From Dictyostelium discoideum (Eukaryota): DNA of 64,000 bases. Position numbers and translations under genes: made by a program. A model generated the notes under the pieces. It did no database searches. It saw nothing but the letters and a program-made list of their open reading frames with translations, and was not told the origin of the DNA. This document shows, piece by piece, positions 26,161-42,456 of this stretch. Every line of letters begins with the position of its first letter. Position 1 is the stretch's first letter. The stretch spans positions 5,856,001-5,920,000 of the forward strand of contig CM000152.2 of the NCBI GenBank assembly GCA_000004695.1. The letters are read 5' to 3'.

Positions 26161-27761
26161 TGTATTATCATCATCATCACCATTATCATCATAAATAATA
26201 TATGTTAGTGTTATGAAAATTATAGATTGACAAAGTTACAAATTTAATATATCCCACATTTTATAAAAACAAAATCACAATATTGATCATCTTTTGATTT
26301 AATTTCATCATCTCTTTCTTTGATTGAAGCTTTAATTTTAATTAAAATTTTTTTTTCCTCTTCTACTTTCTTTTTGGTGTCTTCGTTCTTTTCGTCTTGT
26401 ATTTCTTTTGTTAAATTGTTAATTTTTGTTCTATTTCTAAATCTATATCTAAATCTTCCATTCTTAATTTTAAAGGAATAACCTCAATTAAAAAATAATA
26501 ATATGTTGTGTTGTTATGGAAAAAAAAATTGGCAAAAAATAATAAAAAAAACAGTAAAAAAAAGTCAAAAAAAAAAAAAAAAGGTAATTACTATTTAATT
26601 CCAATAATAAATTGGAGGCAAAATCCTAATAAAAATAAATAAAAATTAAAAAAAATTTAATAACTGTTTAATTTAAAATTATTTTTTTCTATCCACTAAT
26701 TTATTTTTTTTTTAAAGAAAAATAAAAAAATGAATATTAGAAATTTTTAAAACTTAAAAAAAAAAAATTTTATATCGTTTTGTGTATTTTTAAGTTCTCT
26801 TTCCTAAATCCATATTAAAAACAAATCAAAAAAAAAAAGAAAAGAATGTTTTTGTCAATAAATAATTTTCTTTTATTAAAACAGTATGCAAAAGATTTAA
26901 CATTATGATCAATGTAATCATTTTAATAAAAATAAAAATATAAATAAAAATAAAATAAAAATAAAATAAATTTATTTTTTATTTAAAAAAAAAAAAAAAA
27001 AAGTTTTTTAACTAGCCACAACTCACAAATGCTAACAACAAACGTTTTTTTTATTTCCTAATTTTTTTTTTTTATTCAAATAACTTAAAAGATGAATTTA
27101 AAAACAATGTTAATGGCATCCACTTCTATTTTTAATAATAATAAATAAGGTGATTGATAAAGTTGGTATTTTTTTTATTTTTTATATTTAATATTTATTC
27201 CTTTAAATGGAGTTTTTTTCAAAATTGATATATAAAAGATGATTATTTTTTATTTATTTCTTTTTATGTGAATGACAACAACAATAACAAAAAAAATAAA
27301 AAATTAAATAAAAAATTAAATAAAAAATTAAATAAAAAAAAAAAAATAAAAAAAAATAAAATAATCATTAATAATAATAAAAAAGTGGTTACTAATTGCT
27401 CATAATCAAACAATCTTTAAAATTACCCCCCCATTTTAAATTTAGATAAAAAATATAGATATATATTTATAAAATATCCAAACCCAAGTTTGTTGATTGC
27501 CAACTGTTGAATATTATTATTTATAATAAAATTAATAATTTTAATATAAAATAATAAAAATGGAAAGGTGTAAAAAATATTTAAAGCAATATGATACCTC
27601 ACCCACCCCCACCCAATTACAAAACATCAATGTTATTTTTTATTTTATTTTTTTTTTTCATTTTTAATTTTTTTTTTTTTATTTAAAAAAGACATTTTTA
27701 TTTATTTTTTTTTCTAAAATTAAGGATCACAATCTATATTTTTTATTACTAATTTAATAAA

Positions 27762-27804
<43 letters not shown>

Positions 27805-28541
27805 TTACTTGGAAACAAAAAAAAAAAAAAAATAAAAATGGGAATACAATTATTAATAATAAAAATAAAGATATTTTTTGATCCTATAAATGCTAAGATA
27901 TTATTATTGGATTGTTTTTATAAAAAAAAAATAGAAATTGGTTAAGTTGAGGTACGAATGGATATAAATAAATTATTACCAAAAAAAAAAAAAAAAAAAA
28001 TACCTTTTCAAATGAAATAACAATTAAAAAATTTAATTAATTCAAAATTAAAAAATAACAAAATTTAGTGACCAATAAAATTAAAAATACCATTACTAAA
28101 ATTAAAAGACAAACACAGTCATATGCATGTGAGCAAAAAATAAAAAAAAAAAAAATAAAAATAATAATATCAATAAATATGCACATTTAATCCAAATTAT
28201 TAAAAATAATAATAATTTGAAATAAAAAAATTAAAAATAATATATAATAAAAAAAATAAAAAAAAAAAATAAAAAATAATTATTTCAGAAATTAAAATTA
28301 AAAAAAAAGTATAAATTAACAAAAAAAGTTTTCTTTTAATTATCATTTTTCATTAAAACAAAAAATAAAAATATATATAAATTTTTATTTAGCATAATAA
28401 TTTTAATTTTAAAACATAATATTCCAATTTTTTTTTTTTTTTTTTTTTCCAAACACAAAATAATTAATAAATAAAAAAAAATAGTAAAAGGGCAATTTTT
28501 ATTTTGTTTTTGATTTCATCCTTTTTCTTTAAAAAATAAAA

Positions 28542-28583
<42 letters not shown>

Positions 28584-28669
28584 AAATAGTTTCAATTTTT
28601 TTTTTTTTTTTATTTATAGAGTCATTATCATCACCAGTATTATTTAATTGTAAAATTTCAAATTCTTCA

Positions 28670-28801
28670 ATGACACACAATGACGATATAAATAAATATG
28701 ATATTAATAACTTGTCATTGTTTTACAATAATAAAGTATCAAGATGGAGTCCAACTATAATTTGGAGAGGACAAGGCGGAAGAAATCGTGTAGTTTTCTA
28801 A
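28670..28801 (+). CDS. Micro-ORF of 43 aa ending …RWSPTIIWRGQGGRNRVVF. A paralogue of 29598..29872.
   Basis: ATG at 28670. It is a GC-enriched island in a >90% AT desert. The frame is also open upstream back to an AG at 28619. Confidence 0.35.
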   Translation: MTHNDDINKYDINNLSLFYNNKVSRWSPTIIWRGQGGRNRVVF

Positions 28802-28897
28802 ACCTAACTGACATCATTTATATCGGTTAAATTATTTATTAACATTATTGTATATAATATATATATATATTACAAAATATTCCATTTTTCGAATTTA

Positions 28898-28936
<39 letters not shown>

Positions 28937-29597
28937 AATAAAAATAAAAGAAAAAAATAAAGAAAATAAAAAAAAAAATAAAGAAAAAATTAAAAAATAA
29001 AAAAAATAAAAAAACTATAATTTGTTTGTTATCAGTCAGCCTATCATCACCTATAGTATCTTTTTTTTTTTTTTTTTTTTTTGAAACCAAATTGGGTAAT
29101 CACCTAATCTATAATCAATAAAATGGAATGTAGTAAAAATACCAACACCGTGGGTGTGGTAAATTTAATTATCTTTTATCTACATATACACATAGGTATA
29201 AATTTTTATATTAAAATATTGTTGTTGTGGTTGGTGGTGATACACTAACAGTACGTAAATTCACACACTCACACACACTTCAACAACTCATTATTTAAAA
29301 AAAATTTCTTAAAGTATTTATTTTTTCTAATACCTAAAATAATAAATAATATAAATACAAAAAATGAGGTTTTCTATGAATAATTTAAAATAGAAAAAAA
29401 TATAAAAAAATTAAATAATTTTTAAACTTTGTTAATAAAAAAAAAATTGCTATAAAATAAAATAAAAAAATAAAAAAAAAATTCATTTAAAAAATAAAAG
29501 TTAGGAAAATAAACTAGACCAAAAAAAAAAAAAAAGAAAAAATCCGATTATAAATAAAAAAATATTATATAAAAAAAAAAAAAAAAGAAAAAGAAAA

Positions 29598-29872
29598 ATG
29601 ACTATTTCAAGTAAGTAAAAACTTTATTTTTTATCACTAAATATATAAATATAATTTTGTTCATATACTAAATTTAGTTTTTCTAAATAATAATAAAATT
29701 AGATTCTTTAAAATTATTAAATATCGGAAATGCTATTAAAACAAATGAAATAGATTATAATAATAAAAAATTTTTAAATAATAATATAAATCAAAATATT
29801 AATGAAACTTCAAAATGGGTACCAAACATTTTGTGGCGTGGTCAAGGTGGAAAAAATATTATTGCCTTTTAA
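29598..29872 (+). CDS. Micro-gene of 2 exons: join(29598..29610,29703..29872), 61 aa, ending …KWVPNILWRGQGGKNIIAF
   Basis: ATGACTATTTCAA followed by a GTAAGT donor. The 92-bp AT-rich intron ends …aaaattAG. Exon 2 preserves the motif shared with 28670..28801. Confidence 0.4.
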
Positions 29873-30296
29873 ATACATTTCTATTATACGAATAATTTTC
29901 TAACCTTTTTTTTTAAAAAATATCTATGCATATATAAAAATAAATAAAAATAAAAAAAAACAAAAAATAAAATTAAATAAATAAAATAAAACTGATTGTG
30001 ATTAAATAAAAAAATAAAAAAAATAAATTAAAAATTAAAATTAAAATAAATATCCAATGTGGTAACCACCAATGAAATTTTAGATTTTCTTTTTAATTTT
30101 ATTTTTTTTTTATTTTTTTTTTAATTTTTTAATTTTTTTTTTTTTTTAAAAAATCCCAAACATTTCAAAAATGAAAATTAAAAAAATAAAAAAATATCTT
30201 TTTCACCCAAATTATATTTTAAACAGTGTTTTATATTTGTAATATTAAAAATAATTACAATAATTATAGTTATTATTGTTTTGAAAGAAATTAAAA

Positions 30297-31636
30297 ATGA
30301 TTCAAGAATTGGATACTTTATTAACTCAAGATGAAATTCAATTAGATGTAATTTAAATTAATAGTTATATATATATTTATTTAAACATTTTAAAATAATA
30401 TATTCACATAATATTAATATTAAAATTAAATTTTAGATTGAAGAAATTATTTTAAAAAATAAAGATAATAAAATTAAAGGATGGAAAGATTCAATGAATT
30501 ATTTATATAATTTTTCAATTAAAAGTGGATATATTCAAGAGGAGAGATTAAAATTAAATATAATATTACCATTATTTTATAAACATCAATATGATATTGG
30601 ATTTCAAGTTACAATCAATTGTTCAAAACCAGAGATTATAGTTGGACAAGTGGTTGGAGCAGCTCATTATTCAAATTTTGAAGGAGAATGTGTAATTTGT
30701 TTTGAAAATGTTGGATCAGAGAAAAGAAAAGGATTAAGAGCATATGAATTCAAATGTAATCAATCAATACTATTTAGACAATTTCCACCCTATCCATACT
30801 TTAACTATCATAATATCATAATTGATAAAAAGCATACACCGCAAATTCTATCAAGAAATACAATCATTGAAATGTTAGAAATGAGTGAATCAATGCCATC
30901 CTATAAAATAGCTTCAAATACTGATCGTGTTGGTACTGGTGCAACCAACTTAGCTCATAGACATTTTCAAGCTGGTGATCATGACTTTACTGTCTTTTAT
31001 GCGAAACCTTTAAAAGAATTTAAAATTAACAATGGCGATATAACAGTTCAATGGTTAAATTACCCATGTTGTTGTTTAAAAATTATTGGTGAAAATAAAA
31101 AATTAGTTGAAGAAATTGTTTTTAAATTATTTAATTCTTGGAGAAATGGGACTTTTGAAACATTGGATGTGTCACTTCAAACTTGTTCGTTGATGTCTAC
31201 TTTAAATATTAAGAATAACAATTACGAATTTTTAATATTTCCACGTAATGCTCAACAACCAAGATTTTTAACAAGCTCAACTTTACAATGTATTAAAAAA
31301 GAATTTGTTGGTATATTTGAATTATGTGGTTTTGCAATTTTACCTGGTAGATTAAAAGAACAATTACTTCAATTAAATTCAATTTTAACTTTAAATGAAA
31401 ATCAATTAAATGATCAATTAAAAGAGAAATTAAATCAATTTGGTTTCATTGAATTCTATGATTGGTTATCAGAATATTATTTCAATGGTTTTGATAATAG
31501 TAAATCAATTTATGATAATCTAACATTTGCTTTACAAAAATCATTTTTAATAATTTTATCTGATAATTCTCCAATTAAATTAAATCAATTTGAATTATTA
31601 AATTCTTGGATTGAACAATCAAAAATTTTAGAATAA
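30297..31636 (+). CDS. HIT-like (HxHxQ) protein, possibly a GDP-hexose phosphorylase (GDPGP1/VTC2-like). 2 exons: join(30297..30347,30437..31636), 416 aa.
   Basis: Exon 1 MIQELDTLLTQDEIQLD, then a GTAATT donor and a tttAG acceptor. The motif GTGATNLAHRHFQAGDHDF matches the GalT-branch HIT signature. The family assignment is from motif memory only. Confidence 0.6.
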
Positions 31637-31964
31637 AATAAAATAAAATAAAATAAAATAAAATAAATAAAATAAAATAAAATGTATATATTTTTAAATT
31701 TTTATTAATTATCTTTTTTTTTTTTTTTTTTTTTTTTTTTTGTTCTAAAAATAGATTTTTATTTTATTTGAATTAAATTTTTAATTTTTAAAAAAAGAGA
31801 TTGGTTGGAATAAGATATTAATTTTGATAAAAGAATTTGGTGTTTATTATTCTTATGCTGTCTGAGTATGAAATAAATAGATTTGTAAGTATGGAATGCC
31901 AATTGGTTTTTTTTTTTTTTTATTTTTTATTTTATTTTTTTTTTTTTTCATTTTTTCGCTTTTT

Positions 31965-32000
<36 letters not shown>

Positions 32001-32055
32001 GTCCATCTGATTTGATCAAATTTTAAACACGAAAAAAAAAAAAAAAAAAAAGAAA

Positions 32056-32814
32056 ATGATTGTTGAACACGCAATTGATTATATCGATTATTTAATGAAT
32101 TATGTAGATTTTACAGAGAAATATTTCTTATTAACAATTGCATGCGTTGTATTCAACCCAACATGGTGGAATATTACAGCAAGAATGGAATATAAAACTA
32201 AATTTATGACAAAGATTTGTGGAAGTAAAGAAAATGGTTGTTATTTATTAGCATTCTTAATTTTTTCATTAGGTATATTGCGTGATTGGTTGTAAGTTTT
32301 CTTTTTTTAAAAAATAAAAAAATAATAATAAATTAAATAAATTATTAATCAAATCATCAAAATTATTATTATTATTTTTATAATTATTTTTTTTATTATT
32401 AAAAAAAGATTTTCAGAAGCATTAATTAGACAACCAATTTTCCAAGAATTTGATAGATTTGAAGTTGAAGTTTTATCATATATTTTATATGGTTTTGGTG
32501 GTATTTTAGTATTAGCAGCATATTTGAAATTAGGAATTACTGGTACATATTTAGGTGATTATTTTGGTATTTTAATGAAAGAAAGAGTTACTGGTTTCCC
32601 ATTCAATGTTATGAATAATCCAATGTACAATGGATCTGTAATGTTATTTATTGCACATGCTCTCTCTTATAAAAGTGTTGCTGGTTTAGTTTTATCTTTT
32701 GTTGTCTATGTAGTTTATAAATTTGCTTTAATCTTTGAAGAATCTTTTACGAATTATATTTATTCAACTGCTGCTGCTAATGCTGCTAAAAAAAATAAAT
32801 CAAAATCAAAATAA
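32056..32814 (+). CDS. Phosphatidylethanolamine/phospholipid N-methyltransferase (PEMT/PLMT family), 2 exons: join(32056..32291,32409..32814), 213 aa
   Basis: FNPTWWNITARMEYKT…ILRDWL|FSEALIRQP…[32 protein letters not shown] aligns along its whole length with human PEMT (FNPLYWNVVARWEHKT…FTQAMLSQP…[32 protein letters not shown]). The donor is GTAAGT at 32292 and the acceptor is AG at 32407-32408. The exon 2 frame confirms the join. Confidence 0.9.
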
Positions 32815-32996
32815 ATAAATAAATAATAAATTTTGTTAAGATAATAAAAAAAAAAATAAAAAGTTTAAAAAATTATTTTTATATTTTAAAAGTTTTACAT
32901 TTATTATTTTATATATATATCATCTTTTTTGTTTTATTTTATTTTATTTAAATATTTATAATATTTTTTTTTATTTTTTTTTTTTATTTTTTTTTT

Positions 32997-34381
<1,385 letters not shown>

Positions 34382-34636
34382 TTATATTAATAAAAAAAAA
34401 TAAAAGATTATTGTTATATTATTTTTGTTGTTGTTGTTTTTATTATTATTTATAAAACTATTTGAATATATGCATATATTTTATTTATAAATTGAAAAAA
34501 AAAAAAAAATTAAAAAATAAAAAAAATAAAAAAAAATAATGAAAATCAAAAAAAAAAAAAAAAAATTTCTAAAAAAATAATGAAAATAAAAAAAAAAAAA
34601 AAAACGCGCCAAAATTTTTATTTTTATATTACTATT

Positions 34637-34793
34637 TTATTTATTTTCCAGATCTGGAAAAAACACTTTTATAGTATTTTTATAAATCTGATCTGATATT
34701 TCTTCCATATTCCCACCATTTAAACCAGAAATAACTTCTAAAACATTTCTATTTAAAATTAAAAAAAAAAAAAAAAAAATATATTTTAGTAGG

Positions 34794-34841
<48 letters not shown>

Positions 34842-35733
34842 TGGTAGTGGGGAGGGGTACCCATACTTACATAATATTACATGGTTCATTTCTATTTTGA
34901 ACACAAGAACCTAATTTAAATTTATCTCTTTTTAAAGTTGGAAAATTGGTTTTAATATATTTAAAACTTGAATGAGTTTTACGAATATCACACCAAGGTG
35001 CATCAGTTTCAATCATTAATCTATTGATTGGAATTTTTGAAACTACATCTAAATTCTCTTGAGTTTTTAAAGAACAACCATTTACACCAATATAAATGCC
35101 ATCATCCAATTCCAATAGTTTATTTAATTCATCCAAAGTACCAGTAAAAGAATGAACTACACCAACAGTGAATCTACTTCTATTTCTTTTAATGATATCA
35201 ATGAAATCTGAACATGCACCACTTTCAGCCGCACCTCGAAGATGTAAAAACAAAGGTAATTCTGTTCTCTCTGATAATTGAAATTGATATTCAAAACATT
35301 TCAATTGAATTTCTTTTGAACAAAATTCCAATCTATCATAATCTAAACCAAATTCACCAATTGCAATTATCTTTTCTTTATTTTCATTATAAATTGTTAA
35401 TAATTCTTCAATATATTCTTTTTTGATTTCATCATTACCATTAGTGGTATTAATTAATTCTTGTGAACACCTTGTTGGATGTACACCAATTGTTGTAAAT
35501 AGTCTATTTTTATTGTTGTTGTTGTTTTCTTCACTATAAGTTTTAATTAATTCTAATGATTCTTTAACTTCACTTAATCTTCCTGAAGTAATAATAATTT
35601 TTTCCATTCCAATTGACCATGCTCTCTCTAAAACTTGTTTTAAATCTGCTTCATGATATTGTTTACCATTATTATTATATTGACCTATGAACATAGGGTC
35701 TGTTAAGTTAACACCAATATCAATAAATTTCAT
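34637..35733 (-). CDS. TatD-family DNase (TATDN1-like), 2 exons: complement(join(34637..34748,34871..35733)), 324 aa
   Basis: FIDIGVNLTDPMF…AWSIGMEKIIITSG…IGEFGLDYDRLEF…LFLHLR…VHSFTG…ETDAPW, then …NEPCNI|INVLEVISGL… The donor is GTAAGT (phase 2) and the acceptor taaatAG. Confidence 0.85.
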
Positions 35734-37578
35734 TTTTTAAAAAATATATAAAAAAAAATAAAAAAAAAAAAAACTCAAAAAAAAAAAAAAATAAAAAAAA
35801 AAAAATTGATTACTTTTTTATTTTTTGTTAATCATTACATTAATCTTCTGTGTTAATTAAAATGACAAATTTTTCATAATCTCAATTTTAAAAAATTCTT
35901 AAAGTGGTTAAATATTCAATGGTAACAATTTTAATAACAAAAATTACCAAAATTAATAAATATTTATTTCAAATAATAAATTTAGATTTTTAAAAAATAA
36001 ACATTATTATAAAAAAAAAAAAAGTTTTTCCTGGTAAATTTGTAAAATAAAAATATTAAAAAAAACAGTTCATATGAAAAAAATATAACTAATGAAGTAA
36101 AAATAAAAAAATTTTTACATTACATAATTGTATAATGGCTAATTATTAAAATAAAAAAAGAAAAAAATCTCAATTTTAAAAAGAGTAGATTTATAAAGAA
36201 TAACTTTAATTGGTATTTTAACCTTTTTTAAAAAAAAAAATTGAAAAAAAAAAAAAAATCAAATCAAATCAAATCAACCTATTTAATTAACTTTAAAAAT
36301 TATAATGCACTAATCTCTAATATTGGAACTGTTCCAAGATTAAAATCTAATTCGAGATCATAAAATTCTTTTAAGGATCAAGGAATAAATTCTGTTTCGT
36401 GAAAATTCGGGAGGTGGCGCAGGTGAGAATTCTATTGGTATTGGTGCATTAGTTTAGTTAGTATAATAATGACTGTGGATGTAATTGGTAAAAAAAAAAA
36501 AAAAAAAAAAAAAATATATTTTAAAACTATTTTTTTTTTTTTTTTTTTGTATAAAAATGAATAAATCTTGATATTTAATATTTGTAAAAAAAAAAAAAAT
36601 AAAAAAAATATCTCAATCGTCCTAAAATTACAAAGAACCCTTTTTTTTTTTTTTTTTTTTTTTACTTAATTAATTATAATTTGTAAAATAAATAAATAAA
36701 TTTCAACTAATTATTAATTTACAAATTAACCAAAATCTAAATTAATGATATTAAAGATATTTTTTTTTTTTAAAAAAAAAAAAAAAGCTTCTATATTTCC
36801 TTTGTTATTAACAACAATTTATTTTTAAATTTTTATTTTTTTATTTTATTATTTATTTAATTTTCATTTTTTTATTTAATTTTTAATTTTTTATTTTTAA
36901 TTTTTTTCATTTGTGTGTGATTTACAAATTTGATTTATTGTCTTTGATTTTTAAGAAATTTTTAATTTTTTTATTTTTTAATTTAAAATTAAAAAATAAC
37001 CGACTTCATTGCAAACCAAAATCATACACCACTAACACTTAAGTATGCAATTATGTTTTTTTAAAAATAACCTCACTCAATTGTAATTGGTGGTGATGGA
37101 TAAAAAACAAAGAATCACCCTTGGGTATTTTTATTATATTTTTAAAAAATCCCACAATGACTGAAAAAAAAAAAAAAAAAAATAAATTAAAAAAAAAAAA
37201 ATGAAAAAAAAAAATAATCCATGAGATTTAAATCTCTTTTTATTTCAACCAAATTATTATCATTAATGGGTTAATAATAGAATCTCACACTCTCAAAATT
37301 CAACGAAACAATAATATGTGGTTATTTCTGCTTGTGATCACACCAACTACTCCCAAATTCTCAATTTTTTAATAAATTTAATTTTTTTTTTTTTTTTTAT
37401 TTATTTATTTATTTATTTTTTTATTTTTTTATTTTTTTTTCTTTCCTATAAATAAGAGGTTTTTTATTTTATTCTTCTTTCAAACCATTGTTCTTCAATA
37501 ATTAAAATAAAAAAAAAAAATTTTAAAACCATTGTAATTTAAAAAATAATAAAAAAATTTTAATAAAAAAAAAAAAAA

Positions 37579-37833
37579 ATGAATACCAACATAATTGAAG
37601 ATAGAACCAAAATGGAATTTTCTTATATTTGTAATAATAATAAAAGTCCTCTTGTCCTTTTTCCTGGTATTTTTTCAAGTTTTGGAATTAATGAGAATAA
37701 AGAATTTTATTATAATTATTTAGACTATAAATTAAATAATAATACAAAAAATGATAAAAATTATACACAAATTAATAAAATAAATAATAAAAATAAAAAT
37801 AAATTAAATATATTAAAAATTAATAATAATAAC

Positions 37834-37912
<79 letters not shown>

Positions 37913-38082
37913 TTATAATAAAAAATAAAAAAGAAATTTTAATAAATAATACAAATTTAGTTAATTTATGCAATAATTATTCAAATTGTTGTGATGAAAA
38001 TAAAAATATAAATAATATAAATAATGAACAAGTTTGCTTTTCAATTGATCAAGAAACTGATATTCAAATGATAATAGATTAA
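37579..38082 (+). CDS. Hypothetical Asn-rich protein, 167 aa
   Basis: ATG at 37579. Non-repetitive ends flank a ~35-residue poly-Asn (AAT)n core. No family recognised. Confidence 0.4.
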
Positions 38083-38114
<32 letters not shown>

Positions 38115-38332
38115 CTATTTAAATAAAAATAAAAATAAAAAAATACCTTATTTATGGTATAAACCTTTGTACATTTTGTAAAATTAAAATTAAAATTAAT
38201 TTATTATTATTGCTATAATAAATAATTTTTTATTTTTTATTTATTTTTTTATTTGTTTATTTTTTTTAAATAAAAAAATTATTATTTTGTTGTATTTTAA
38301 AATCACTTATTATTATTGCTATAATGAGAATT

Positions 38333-38364
<32 letters not shown>

Positions 38365-38375
38365 TGGAAAACAGT

Positions 38376-40223
<1,848 letters not shown>

Positions 40224-40337
40224 ATTTTATTTTTATTATTAAATAATTTTTATTTCTTTTCTTTTTTTTTTTTTTTTCAATTGGATCTAATAATGCTATT
40301 TTTTTTTTTTTGAAAATCCAATCTTTGTTTTTTAATT

Positions 40338-40373
<36 letters not shown>

Positions 40374-40561
40374 GAAAAAAAAAATTTTTAAAACCAATCC
40401 TTTATTGTATTCTTATTGTGATTATCGATTTTTTTTAATGGCAATTTGATGGGAGTCTGTGGGTTTATTTTTTTTTTTTCTTTTTTTATAAAGAATATGA
40501 TTTTGAAAAAAAAAAAAAAAAAAACACTGCCCACTATATATTATGAACGAATCAATCACTT

Positions 40562-40614
<53 letters not shown>

Positions 40615-41278
40615 TCTTTTTTTTTTTTTTTTATATTTTTTTTTTTTTTTTGAAATTAAAAAAACCGTGTGATGGTCAAACATTGAGCGCAATGAAAAAA
40701 AAAAACCATAAAAAATAAATCAGATGGATGTGTTTTTTATTATTTTTTTTTATTTTTTTTTCTTTATTTTTTTTATTTTTTTTTTTCTTTTCTTTTTTTT
40801 TCCTTTTCTTTTTTTTTTCTTCTATTTTTTTTTCCTTTTTTTTCTTTTTTTTTTTTTTTTTTTTTTTTTTTTATTTAATCAATTCCTAAATCATTATTAC
40901 TTTTTATTTTTTTTTTTTTTTTTAGTTTTAGGTTAAAATTGTTTTTTTTATTTTTTTTTTTTTTATTTTTTTTAGGTTGTGAAGGGTGGTTAGATTTTTT
41001 TTATTTTTTTTTTTTATATTTTATTTTTTTATTATTTGCTGATTGTATAGTTTTGTTCATTTTGGAGAGGCCGAGGGTTTTTTTAAAACAATTTGATTGG
41101 TTTAAAATTTTTGTGAAATTTTTTTTTTTTTAATTTTTTTTTTTAAACGAATTTTTAAATTCTTTTTTTATTTTTTTTTAAATAATTAGGAAAAATTGTT
41201 TTGTTTATAAGAAAAATCTTAGATTAAATTTTGGTATGTTTAACCTGAGTGGATAATAATTTGTTTAATATGTTTGTG

Positions 41279-41314
<36 letters not shown>

Positions 41315-41352
41315 TTTTAAGATATTATTTTTTTTATTTGAAAAATTAATTA

Positions 41353-42018
41353 TTAATTTATTATACAATTATTAATAGAATCACCACCACTATCAACATT
41401 TTTAATTTTTTTTATTTCAGAAATTTTAGGTGGAGGATAAGTATCCATAATTAATTGAGATAATTTTTGAAATATTAAATCAACATTTATATTTTCTTTT
41501 ACAGAAACATTATGAATGGATGGTATTGATAAAGAGTCACAAAATTCTTGAGGCTTTTTTAAATCAACAATAGTAGTAATCTTTGAATCATCTATAAGAT
41601 CACATTTATTTCCTACAATAAATAGTATTGGTTCAGGTGATGGATAAAGATTTGAAGTTTGATATGAATTTTTAATTTTTGAAATCCAATTTGATAGGTT
41701 ATTAAATGATTCTAAATTTGTAACATCATACATTATTATAAAACCATGTTGATGTTTTAAATAGTTTTCATAAAATAATTCTTTAAATTTGCACCCACCA
41801 TTTCCATCAAATATCATTAATTTCACTTTGACAATTTCGTTTGTTGATTGATTTTTCAATTCAATAATTTTATTTTTAATTTCAATTCCATGCCAAAGTT
41901 GTATTCCATTTTCTACAAACATACCATCACAATATCTACTCAATAAAAAAGATTTTCCACATTGATTATCTCCTACCAAAACAATATTTAATCGGTAATC
42001 ATGATCCATTTTAGCCAT
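41353..42018 (-). CDS. Ras-superfamily small GTPase (Rab-like) with a divergent switch II, 221 aa
   Basis: P-loop GDNQCGKS and NKxD GNKCDL. DGNGG replaces the canonical DTAGQ, so the catalytic Gln is absent. There is no C-terminal CC/CxC prenylation motif (it ends NCIIN). Confidence 0.8.
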   Translation of the reverse strand: MAKMDHDYRLNIVLVGDNQCGKSFLLSRYCDGMFVENGIQLWHGIEIKNKIIELKNQSTNEIVKVKLMIFDGNGGCKFKELFYENYLKHQHGFIIMYDVTNLESFNNLSNWISKIKNSYQTSNLYPSPEPILFIVGNKCDLIDDSKITTIVDLKKPQEFCDSLSIPSIHNVSVKENINVDLIFQKLSQLIMDTYPPPKISEIKKIKNVDSGGDSINNCIIN

Positions 42019-42061
42019 ATATTTTATTTTTTAAAAAAAAAAATAAAAAAAAAAAATTAAA

Positions 42062-42094
<33 letters not shown>

Positions 42095-42377
42095 GAAATA
42101 AATTAAAAGAAAATTTTAAAAGAAAAAAATTAGAAAATCTTGGTATAACTATTTTTATTAATTTAAATTAAATTTTTTTTAAAAAAAAAAATATCAACTT
42201 GCCATTTTTTTTTTTTCTTTAAAAAGGATGATTTTTTATTTTTTTATCCAATTCACATTTTCATTTTTTTTTTTTTAAAAGCCCAAAAAAATAAAATGGC
42301 TTTTTTTTTTCTTAAAAACCCAAAACAGTTCAATATGAAATATTAAAAAAATACCAGTATTACCCATTTGGTTTTCG

Positions 42378-42456
42378 ATGACTTTTTTTTTTTTATTAAC
42401 ATCACTCAGTTTTCGATGACACCTTAGCAAAGTGTATTAACCATTTGTTTTTCGAT
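42378..42456 (+). repeat. Two tandem ~39-bp pseudo-units, each repeating the tRNA-Ser 5' leader (…ccatttg[g]ttttcgat) plus tRNA nt 1-17 (gacaccttagcaaagtg), immediately upstream of the real gene
   Basis: ttttcgatgac + T11 + attaacatcactcag, then ttttcgat|gacaccttagcaaagtg|tattaaccatttgtttttcgat, then the genuine gacaccttagcaaagtgg…. Confidence 0.6.

Noticed and set aside
36400-36440. Possible U6 snRNA
   Set aside because: Only an 8-nt match (ttcgtgaa). It lacks the 5' stem-loop, the ACAGAGA box and the AGC triad.
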